A stretch of DNA of 32,433 nucleotides from an uncultured virus (IMG/VR IMGVR_UViG_3300025922_000001). Its lineage: Duplodnaviria > Heunggongvirae > Uroviricota > Caudoviricetes. The stretch is from IMG/VR virus record IMGVR_UViG_3300025922_000001. The stretch is one strand, 5' to 3'. A program made the position numbers and the translations under genes. A model generated the notes under the pieces. That model had not been told where the DNA came from and did no database searches. It was given only the letters and a program-made list of their open reading frames with translations. Positions 10,301 to 17,131 of the stretch are shown here, piece by piece. The first letter of the stretch is position 1, and the number at the start of each line of letters is the position of its first letter.

Positions 10301-11375
10301 GATACGTGCTAATGATGGTAAAGGTAACTGGATCGTCGTCCAGGAGAGTGATAAAGACGGCGCGTTTAAGATGGCAGATAGCTTTGCCGCAGACTGGTGG
10401 TCAGTGAAAACTGATGTCAACTCAGTCACGGAAAATTATCCTGTGTCTGCTCCATCTGCTCCATCTGCTCCAAGTGGACCAAAGACGTTTACACCTTTTC
10501 AGAAGGCGTATGTCCAGTCGATTTTCGGCAGTAACGGTGTGAAATGGCACACTGACACGAAGAAGATTTACGATGCTGCACTTGAAGTGTCGAAGAAGGA
10601 TTCTTCGTTGTCGATGGCCGATGCACTCGACATCATGGATCAGTCACTTCTAAAGAAGACTGATAATCCATTTGCCACAAAGATGAACAAGTTCCTGAGC
10701 ACCAAGGCAGGAATGAAGTACGCGCAGGAGAAGGGTGGCTCTGCGCCGGTTGGCTCAGTCACACCAAGCGTAGCTGCTGCATCAAAGTCTTCAGTCAATA
10801 TCCCAAAGTCAAATTTGCCGGCAAAAAATCTTACGAAGGCATCGGCGACTAATATGCAGCAAAGGATGGATCTACTTAGCCCACCCCCCTGGACTGCCAC
10901 ACAGCGGGCTGCACTTAAGAACTACACCGGTGGCTCGTACACTGAAATCAATAAGTGTGCGCGCGGAACTGGTGCATGCTCACCGGCCACAATCGCTAAG
11001 ATCAAGCAGATTAAAGCAGCGATGAAGCCGAGCACTGAGAACATCAAGCTCTATCGCAAGACCAATTTGGCTACGTTTGGCGTTACTTCAAACGAGCAAC
11101 TTGAAGCTCTCGCTGGTAAGACAATTCGTGATGATGGTGTCATTAGCACGAGCATTGTCGAGGGTACGTGGTCAGGACAAGTTCATCTCAAGATTGAAGC
11201 GCCAGCAGGATCCAAGATGGCGTGGGTCCAGCCGATCAGTCACTACCCGAATGAGAATGAATTCGTTCTCGCGCCGGGCACTGAGTTTGAAGTGATCAGT
11301 GTAGAACCCCACTGGTCTGAGCCAAATCAGCGAGTCATGAAGGTTCGCATCGTACCAGGGAGTGGCACGCCGTGA
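7329..11375 (+). CDS. MuF (SPP1 gp7-like) minor head protein fused to seven repeats and a C-terminal ADP-ribosyltransferase
   Basis: RAEVIARTE, KEWIATTDSRTRPSH..IDG, F.VGG..MSYPHDP, ETISCRC (MuF). C-terminal ALKNYTG.SY..IN, LYR, ISTS, NENEFVL..GTEFEV (VIP2/Alt-like ART). Confidence 0.9.
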   Translation: MVHVSGPSLDQLDDRGDRFAADIRRTIARIVNITMPKVGDINDLAIIRTHWTSAVNDALIEHLRNAWVDSADDTYGKLTQAVARVTQAQPQQSQPVALTAAFLVPKVVSRLAELFLENAINRLVSIGDLVWNVARQQMLIGMQAGESITMIRHRLMKTTELASPRAEVIARTEVIGASNAGSYAEMKATGLNATKEWIATTDSRTRPSHEHIDGEEVGIDDKFIVGGYAMSYPHDPTGPPQETISCRCTLGWDIPDEEFLMIDGEPLAAAATAFHLRGRHDQKDHGRKGLRGLNAGKSLKITHGLVHKKQADGSIIAVTKDGKKHILWEGNKYHLREKDDNGLWQTKKTVIKSKAYKEISDFASDWHEPDQEKPGDKKTDDGDKKVTTDKKTTPIPAAAPTPVATDTASGAPLKITHGLIHKKHADGTTIAVNKNGDKKVTWNGKSYDLDKKQADGSWKTEKTAIKSKAYKEVNDFDSAWHEPVAKGDDTELPSTRKTPAPAVKSVKSAATTLPNDVKYIKPGKQINLDQQYLDTHEFPDDSVIAISTFGTKKITAHGDKISFHHMDAKNKWVKNNETSMSDAQAAIDKADAYWHEPVAVSVGTPKSDKKSPVPAVTPKTTPIPMEKELIEADKPLKIIDALSGDVPEYSTIAVTKDGNYRVVSLNGKYFEVQKNKKVGGWGPLTSFEKGDEYSDIVSLNKEWYTPKLATQKTKTVPSTSPMTAGEPIDITQDMFKDVNFPPKTVLAVNEDGTKRIMRSWNDTIAVQEWNAEFGVWTGSQWLTDGKEAEEVSKLNIKWHAPVETGSKATAPSAPGAPNVSTPKSTPTAPSKTIDKYAPVEPGRPITLAQEFFFQNYPANSTIAVTPDGKTKIAWGNNGKYEILELDEKSGTWFVTENANQYGALAMAQNFSIEWHEPENASPSSINTPGNSSTSTKSANKLKHVYMGNKALLDQPVTLTQATFEDSYPSGSVIAMNAFGTYQLTREGGKFKIRANDGKGNWIVVQESDKDGAFKMADSFAADWWSVKTDVNSVTENYPVSAPSAPSAPSGPKTFTPFQKAYVQSIFGSNGVKWHTDTKKIYDAALEVSKKDSSLSMADALDIMDQSLLKKTDNPFATKMNKFLSTKAGMKYAQEKGGSAPVGSVTPSVAAASKSSVNIPKSNLPAKNLTKASATNMQQRMDLLSPPPWTATQRAALKNYTGGSYTEINKCARGTGACSPATIAKIKQIKAAMKPSTENIKLYRKTNLATFGVTSNEQLEALAGKTIRDDGVISTSIVEGTWSGQVHLKIEAPAGSKMAWVQPISHYPNENEFVLAPGTEFEVISVEPHWSEPNQRVMKVRIVPGSGTP
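8214..10406 (+). repeat. Seven divergent ~75-aa protein repeats within the MuF-ART gene
   Basis: Units G.P[LI].[IL]...[ST][TIV]IA[VM]..[DF]G...W...W[HY][ETA]P, separated by P/T/S/K/A-rich linkers. Units 1 and 2 are the most similar (LKITHGL.HKK.ADG, IKSKAYKE..DF...WHEP). Confidence 0.85.
10446..10472 (+). repeat. 9-bp tandem repeat x3 (TCTGCTCCA; Ser-Ala-Pro)
   Basis: Three perfect copies in the linker after the seventh repeat. Confidence 0.9.
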
Positions 11376-12259
11376 CGACACCTGAAAAGCCGCCAACTTC
11401 ACTTGAAGACCCTGATGCGCAATCGTTCTATGTTGTTGAGAATGATGATCAGGGCTTCACCGACGAGCAAATTGCAAAGTGGCTCAATGGTGAACCACTT
11501 GATGCTGTCACGGCGGCCGCAAACGAAGATAAATTCACGGGTGGAATGATTGCGCTCATTCCTACTGATGCTGACATCACTCGTCTTGCACTGGACGGTG
11601 AAGAGCCACCTGAGGATTTGCATCTCACGCTATGGTATTTGGGCGATGAGGAAATCAACATCGCGCAGCGGCTGCGTATTCTTCACGGTGTTGTGCATGC
11701 CACAGAGGGTATGCCTGTCATTCGTGGAAATGCATTTGGTGCAGCACATTGGAATCCAGAGGGTAAGTCACCCGCATGGGTTCTTAATGTGGGAGACGCA
11801 GAAGATAATTACGTGTGGAATCTTGCACACGCTCGTGGATTGATCGTTTCAAACATCGTAGGCTTTGATATGCCTGAACAGCACACCCCATGGCAACCTC
11901 ATATTTGCATCGCCTACTCAAGCGCTGATTTGCTTGATGAAATCAGCGAGCGTGTTGGTCCGGTGACGTTTGACCGAGTGCGAATCGCGTTTGGCCACGA
12001 GATCACTGACATCAGGCTGCATGATGATTTGGTGGTCACTGCAGCAGGTGGTAAGTCCGGTGATAAGAACAACCTTAAGGATTACTGGACGAAGGACCCA
12101 AGAGGACTTGCTAAGTGGGTTGACCACCCGCATCCATGGACGGCGCTTTATGGCCACCTCAAGAAGTACATGCCTGACGAGATGGCTAAGCGTGTCACGT
12201 CAGAATGGTATCACGAAGTAAAGGGGCACTGGCCGAATGAAGGCAAGAAAGGTAAATGA
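11372..12259 (+). CDS. 2H phosphoesterase (2'-5' RNA ligase/LigT-like) domain protein in the head module
   Basis: MIALIP, DLHLTLWYLG (HxT no. 1), QHTPWQPHICIAY (second motif, HxC), FDRVRIAFG. Acidic N-terminus and an extra C-terminal W/H-rich domain; GTGA overlap with MuF-ART. Confidence 0.8.
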   Translation: MTTPEKPPTSLEDPDAQSFYVVENDDQGFTDEQIAKWLNGEPLDAVTAAANEDKFTGGMIALIPTDADITRLALDGEEPPEDLHLTLWYLGDEEINIAQRLRILHGVVHATEGMPVIRGNAFGAAHWNPEGKSPAWVLNVGDAEDNYVWNLAHARGLIVSNIVGFDMPEQHTPWQPHICIAYSSADLLDEISERVGPVTFDRVRIAFGHEITDIRLHDDLVVTAAGGKSGDKNNLKDYWTKDPRGLAKWVDHPHPWTALYGHLKKYMPDEMAKRVTSEWYHEVKGHWPNEGKKGK

Positions 12260-12309
12260 GTAATTAAAGATCTCGCTGTAACGTGGAATCCAGAATGGTA
12301 ACCACTCGT

Positions 12310-12319
12310 TGATATACTA
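12310..12319 (+). promoter_or_regulatory. Putative extended -10 promoter upstream of the maturation protease
   Basis: TGA-TATACT-A, then SD AGGAGGT and GTG at 12344. Confidence 0.5.
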
Positions 12320-12343
12320 ACATCATCATCAGGAGGTGGACCC

Positions 12344-14170
12344 GTGCCGTGGCACATTGTTGAGAACAGCACTGAGTGCGAGAATGGCGAGCCATTCGCA
12401 GTCGTGCAGGACGACACCGATGAAGTAATGGGGTGCCACGACACCGAGGCGTCCGCGCAGGAGCACATTGCCGAAATGGCTGCCGCAGAAGGCATGCCAG
12501 AATCGTCCGGTGGATACAGTGCGCAGCAGATGGCTTTCGCCAACTCGAGCATCATTCCTGATGGTCATGTCCGTGTTGGTGATGGTTCACTGATGACGCA
12601 AGCTGAATTTGAGGCTGCACGACGGTGGCGTGGTACGCTTGTGGTGGAAGGCGTCACCACGGGAGATGGCCGTGAGTTCTCGCCTGAAGCACTCCAGTGG
12701 GTTGACACACCGCTCATTCGGTGGCAGAAGGAAACTGCACATGGCGGACAGCATGATGTCACTGTCACGGTGGGTCGCGCTGACAATGTGTGGCGCGACG
12801 GTGCAAACATCGAGGGTGAGGGCATCCTTGATATCGTAAGTCCAGATGGCTTCGAGATCTATCGCCGTATGAAGGAAGGCTTTGCTGGCGGCATCTCCAT
12901 CGACGCTGATGACATCGGTGACGCTGATGTCGAAATGGTGTGGCCTTCTGATGTAGAAGATGCCGGCAACTCACTCAAGATGCTCTTGCAGGGCAAGCCG
13001 GAAAAGATGATTTTTCATGGCGGTCGTGTTCGCGCGGCTACCATCGTTGACATTCCTGCATTCGTCGAGGCGAAGATTTCACTTATCGGAAATGACACCG
13101 TGGCGCTTGCTGCCGCTGCTGGCATGCCGGTCACTGGCATGCCGATGAAGAAGCCGACGTACGCACTCGTTCAGCACACCACGGCGTTGTCTGATGCCCC
13201 CTGGACCTCGCCTCGTCAGACTGGCATGAAGCGTACCGCACCGCTTGGTGCGTATGCTTGGGGCCGCGGTGACATCGCGTTGCTGCTGCATCACGAGTTG
13301 TTCGATGATGGCACCGTAGGCGCAGCCAACATCACCGCTTGTTCATCCGCTATTGCGGAGCTGGCCAACTCGCGGGGTCTGATTCCAGAGACCGATGAAC
13401 GCATCGTCTACGAGCATCTGGCTGGCCATCTCCGTGAAGCTGGCTTGACGCCTCCACCGTTCCCGCGTCTTGACGCACTTTCGGCATCGGCTGCGTCACT
13501 TGATGATAGGCGACCGCCGAAGGAATGGTTCGAGAACCCGGGACTTAAGGTTCCTGTCGGAATCACCATCACTGACGAAGGTCGCATCTACGGCCACGCC
13601 GCGCAATGGGATTCGTGCCACATCGGTTTTGATGACATGTGCGTGCAGCCTCCCGTTGAGAACTCGCACCCATACTTCATGACCGGTGAAGTGATCACCA
13701 GCGATGGCACTCGTGTTCCGGTTGGCCAGATCACTGTTGCGACCGGACATGCGCCGTTGACTATGCGTGCGTCAAAGGCTGCTGAACACTACGACCACAC
13801 GGGTAGCGCGATTGCTGATGTCGCGGTCGGTAATGATGACATCGGCATTTGGGTCGCAGGCGCGATTCGTCCTCATGCTGAAATGGCACGTGTGCATGAT
13901 CTTCGTGCATCGGGTCGTGTAAGTGGTGACTGGCGTCGCATCGGCGGTGAACTCCGCATGGTCGGCTTGCTTGGCGTGAATGTGCCAGGCTTCGCACTTC
14001 AGACTCGTGCGCGTGTTGCGTCGGGAGTTCCACAGTCACTCGTTGCTGCCGGACTCACGACCATCGGAAATGTTGCTGTGTCTGTCCCGGACGATGAAGA
14101 CCAGGACTCTGCGGCAATGAAGCGTGTCCTTGTAATGCTTAAGACTCGAGTGCATGGTGGGGGTGAATGA
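12344..14170 (+). CDS. Capsid maturation protease (multidomain)
   Basis: WRGTLVVEGVTTGDGR, GISID.D, AT.VDIPAF, PPKEWFENP, GRIYGH.A.W..CHIG, HYD, GIWVAG, SGDWR, VNVPGF resemble cluster-B-like maturation proteases; lies just upstream of the major capsid gene. Confidence 0.8.
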   Translation: MPWHIVENSTECENGEPFAVVQDDTDEVMGCHDTEASAQEHIAEMAAAEGMPESSGGYSAQQMAFANSSIIPDGHVRVGDGSLMTQAEFEAARRWRGTLVVEGVTTGDGREFSPEALQWVDTPLIRWQKETAHGGQHDVTVTVGRADNVWRDGANIEGEGILDIVSPDGFEIYRRMKEGFAGGISIDADDIGDADVEMVWPSDVEDAGNSLKMLLQGKPEKMIFHGGRVRAATIVDIPAFVEAKISLIGNDTVALAAAAGMPVTGMPMKKPTYALVQHTTALSDAPWTSPRQTGMKRTAPLGAYAWGRGDIALLLHHELFDDGTVGAANITACSSAIAELANSRGLIPETDERIVYEHLAGHLREAGLTPPPFPRLDALSASAASLDDRRPPKEWFENPGLKVPVGITITDEGRIYGHAAQWDSCHIGFDDMCVQPPVENSHPYFMTGEVITSDGTRVPVGQITVATGHAPLTMRASKAAEHYDHTGSAIADVAVGNDDIGIWVAGAIRPHAEMARVHDLRASGRVSGDWRRIGGELRMVGLLGVNVPGFALQTRARVASGVPQSLVAAGLTTIGNVAVSVPDDEDQDSAAMKRVLVMLKTRVHGGGE

Positions 14171-14171
14171 T

Positions 14172-14270
14172 ATGTGTAATTGCCGCAAGAACAAGAAGAT
14201 CATTGTTCAGCCGACTGAAGAGCAGGTCCCTGCACCCGCTCCGCAGCCTGTTCCTCAGCCCACGGTCTAG
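14172..14270 (+). CDS. 32-aa CxC micropeptide (MCNCRKNKKIIVQPTEEQVPAPAPQPVPQPTV), not in the ORF track
   Basis: ATG one base after the protease stop, preceded by GGGGGTGA; ends TAG at 14268-14270. Confidence 0.6.
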   Translation: MCNCRKNKKIIVQPTEEQVPAPAPQPVPQPTV

Positions 14271-14347
14271 AACTTTCAGATCATTCTTCGCGATGGGGAC
14301 GCCTATTGTTCCCATCGCGAAGAAAATGTTGCACGACGGTACTACTT

Positions 14348-14357
14348 TGATACGCTA
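14348..14357 (+). promoter_or_regulatory. Putative promoter for the major capsid gene
   Basis: TGA-TACGCT-A with TTGCAC (14329-14334) 16 nt upstream of the hexamer; strong SD GAGGAGG before ATG 14406. Confidence 0.5.
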
Positions 14358-14405
14358 CGGAGAGAAAGCGCGCGGACGTCCGCTCGCCCTCAAGAGGAGG
14401 CTTGA

Positions 14406-16175
14406 ATGTCAGGGAAGCCTGAGGAGCTTGTGAACGTTCCGCAGGATCTCACGCTCATCACCGATGACTCGGAGCTCTCGGCTCTTCAGGTCCAGGTGGT
14501 GGCTGAGTTCGATCGCGTTCAGGGGCTCGACAGCGTCACTCCGGAATCGCTTCAGTACGCGATGAAGCTCACCGATGGTCTCGATCGCATTCGTGCCGAG
14601 CTCGCCGTTCGTGAATCTCGCGCGGAGACGCTGGCCAACATCGAGAAGACCAAGATGCTCGCCACGGCCGACACGCTTGCGGCTCGTGTGCATGGCAACA
14701 AGGGTCCTGACGGCAAGCCTCTTGAGGCACAGCAGCCGATGGACGCTGACAGCATCGCTGCGGCGGCGTCTCGCGGTACCACGCAGGCTCTCATCCAGGT
14801 GATGGGTGAGCGCATCGGTGGACGAGGCAACCTCGTTGCCGCTGGTCGCGGTGGTGCACTCGGTGACGCGCAGAAGTTCGCGCCGGCCGGCTCGACTCCG
14901 CCCAAGGCGAAGCTCGCGATCACCGCAAGCGTCGACATTCCGGGTGTGGCACGCGGTGACAGTGTGAGCAACCTCGACGGCCTCGTCGATGTCTTCACGC
15001 GCAAGGCGAAGAGCATGCCGGTCACGTCCGGTAATGCGAATCAGCAGCTCGTCGCGACGGTGCGAAACGAATTCGAGCACACCGTCGATGACCGCACCAA
15101 CCCGGGTCAGATCGAAGAGCTCTTCCGTCATCTCACCTCGGATGACAAGAAGGATGCGCTCGTCGCTGCTGGCGGTTGGTGCGCGCCGTCTGAGGTTCGC
15201 TACGACTTCTTCAACGTCGCCTGTGAGGCTGGTCTCATCGACTTGCCCACGTTCGGTGTTTCTCGCGGTGGCATCCGATTCCCGACTTCGCCGTCGCTGG
15301 CTGACGTGTTCGGTGGCGCATTCGGTGGCTTCTCCACCGGCTTCAGCGTCACGTCGAACCCGTGGCTCTGGACCGAGGATTCGGACATCGCGGCTGTCAC
15401 CGGTTCGCCGGAGAAGCCCTGCATCCGGGTCCCCTGCCCGTCGTTCAACGAGGCTCGCCTCGAGTGCTACGGTGTCTGTCTCACGGCTGGCAACCTGACC
15501 GACGATGCATACCCGGAAGCGACGTCCAACTTCCTGCGCCTGCTCATGTCGGCCCACGCGCACGCCATGAATGGCCGTTACCTTCAGCTCATGTCGGCTG
15601 CCTCGACGGCTGCGGTGTCGACTGGCTCGTATGCGGTCACTGGTCAGCCGGTTTACCAGCAGGTCTACGGTGGCATCGCACTTGCCGCGACCGACTACCG
15701 TGCGCGCTACGGCATGTGTGAAGAGGACATCCTTGAGGTCATCGTACCCTACTGGGTGCGGGCTGAAATTCGGGCCGACCTCGCGTGGCGCACTGGTGTC
15801 ATGCCGGAGCAGGTCTCGAACGCTGAGATCGACGCGCACTTCAACGTCATCGGCGTTCGGGTCCAGTGGGTCAACGACTTCCAGGTACGCGGTGCCGGGC
15901 AGTTCGGAAACGCCACTGCGATGACCGCATGGCCCACGTCAGCAACGATCATGGTGTACGCGGCCGGGACGTTCCTGCTTGGCAACGGTCTTTCCCTGGA
16001 CCTGGGTGTTGTCCGTGACTCCGTGCTCAACGAGACGAACGACCACACCGCTGCCTGGTCGGAGGAGTGCCACCTGATCGCGAAGGTTGGTCACGAATCC
16101 CGCCGCTACACGATCACCTTCGCTGTCAACGGCCGTACCGGCTCGGCCAACGGCACGGGCGCGACCAACCTGTAG
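14406..16175 (+). CDS. Major capsid (hexamer) protein with N-terminal scaffold-like region
   Basis: Helical N-terminus, ALVAAGGWCAPSEVRYDF, LPTFGVSRGGIRF, KPC.RVPCP.F.E.RL, GNL...AYPE, LDLGVVRDSVLNETND. Strongly C/G-ending codons suggest high expression. Confidence 0.9.
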   Translation: MSGKPEELVNVPQDLTLITDDSELSALQVQVVAEFDRVQGLDSVTPESLQYAMKLTDGLDRIRAELAVRESRAETLANIEKTKMLATADTLAARVHGNKGPDGKPLEAQQPMDADSIAAAASRGTTQALIQVMGERIGGRGNLVAAGRGGALGDAQKFAPAGSTPPKAKLAITASVDIPGVARGDSVSNLDGLVDVFTRKAKSMPVTSGNANQQLVATVRNEFEHTVDDRTNPGQIEELFRHLTSDDKKDALVAAGGWCAPSEVRYDFFNVACEAGLIDLPTFGVSRGGIRFPTSPSLADVFGGAFGGFSTGFSVTSNPWLWTEDSDIAAVTGSPEKPCIRVPCPSFNEARLECYGVCLTAGNLTDDAYPEATSNFLRLLMSAHAHAMNGRYLQLMSAASTAAVSTGSYAVTGQPVYQQVYGGIALAATDYRARYGMCEEDILEVIVPYWVRAEIRADLAWRTGVMPEQVSNAEIDAHFNVIGVRVQWVNDFQVRGAGQFGNATAMTAWPTSATIMVYAAGTFLLGNGLSLDLGVVRDSVLNETNDHTAAWSEECHLIAKVGHESRRYTITFAVNGRTGSANGTGATNL

Positions 16176-16227
16176 GTTCGGCTGATCGCATCCACTAACG
16201 CACAATCTCGGAGGAAGGTGAACGCAG

Positions 16228-17121
16228 GTGGCTGGACCTCGCCTGGATGTTGAGCCACCTGTGTTCACCCCACAACCGTATGGCCTAATGAGTGTTGTTC
16301 AGCTTGTGTCGGATAGCACTCCACACTGGCAGAACGGCATCACCTGGGAATCGCGCTGCATGGATCCCATGGGTGCGTCGACATATGACGAGTGCATCGC
16401 TGTCACGGGCATTGAGGGGTCTCCGCCTGAGCCGAGTGCGAAGACTGAAAATGTCCAGTTGATCGACCGTGGTGCAACACCGTTCACGCCATACGTCAAG
16501 TTTGAGTGCTCGCCCGTAGGCGTCTCTGATGCGCAGAAGATTGCTACCGATGCGCTGGCCAGGAGCGAGACTTGGCAGGTTGAGCGAGCGTTCTGGACCG
16601 GTCTAGTGGACGGTAAAACCATCGCGTTCCCGCATCTTGCAGCGAACGCTGAAGTTGATGATGCACAAGGCATCATGCTTCAGTCAGCTGCCACAATCGT
16701 CACAGGTTCACCGGTTGACATCGCCACCGGCTTGGGTTTGCTTGAACAGCAACTCGCCAACTGCTATAACGGTGTTGGCATCATTCACGTGACCGTCGCT
16801 GCACTACCGACCCTTGACGCATGGGGTCTTGTGAAGGCAACGAACGGTATTCTTAAGACGCAAAACGGAAACCTCGTCGCTGTGGGAGCTGGGTACACCG
16901 GCTCTTCGCCTGCAGGCGTGACAGCACCCACGGGGCAGTCGTGGATGTACGCCACTGGCGCCATCATGATGCGACGTGGTGAAGTAAAGATCAACCCCCT
17001 CCGTGACTCGATTGACCGGGCAAACAACACGGTTGAGATGATTGCCGAGCGCACGTACGTACTTGGCTGGGATTGCTGTCACGCAGCGGTCCTGGTCGAT
17101 ATCGGCGTTTCCATTACCTAG
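16228..17121 (+). CDS. Second capsid protein (capsid pentamer-type)
   Basis: P...PYGL.SV, HWQNGITW, PFTPY..FECS, E...VERAFW, GLGLLE, G.IH, T.NGNLV.VGAGY, WMYATG, N...MIAERTYV; directly follows the MCP. Confidence 0.7.
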   Translation: MAGPRLDVEPPVFTPQPYGLMSVVQLVSDSTPHWQNGITWESRCMDPMGASTYDECIAVTGIEGSPPEPSAKTENVQLIDRGATPFTPYVKFECSPVGVSDAQKIATDALARSETWQVERAFWTGLVDGKTIAFPHLAANAEVDDAQGIMLQSAATIVTGSPVDIATGLGLLEQQLANCYNGVGIIHVTVAALPTLDAWGLVKATNGILKTQNGNLVAVGAGYTGSSPAGVTAPTGQSWMYATGAIMMRRGEVKINPLRDSIDRANNTVEMIAERTYVLGWDCCHAAVLVDIGVSIT

Positions 17122-17131
17122 GAGTAACGAC

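Noticed and set aside
14167..14433. 88-aa ORF in the track between protease and MCP
   Set aside because: It overlaps the MCP start and the putative promoter; the 32-aa MCNCRK ORF in another frame fits better.
14409..15839. 476-aa antisense ORF opposite the major capsid gene
   Set aside because: Shadow frame expected from the strong codon bias of the MCP; no recognisable motifs.
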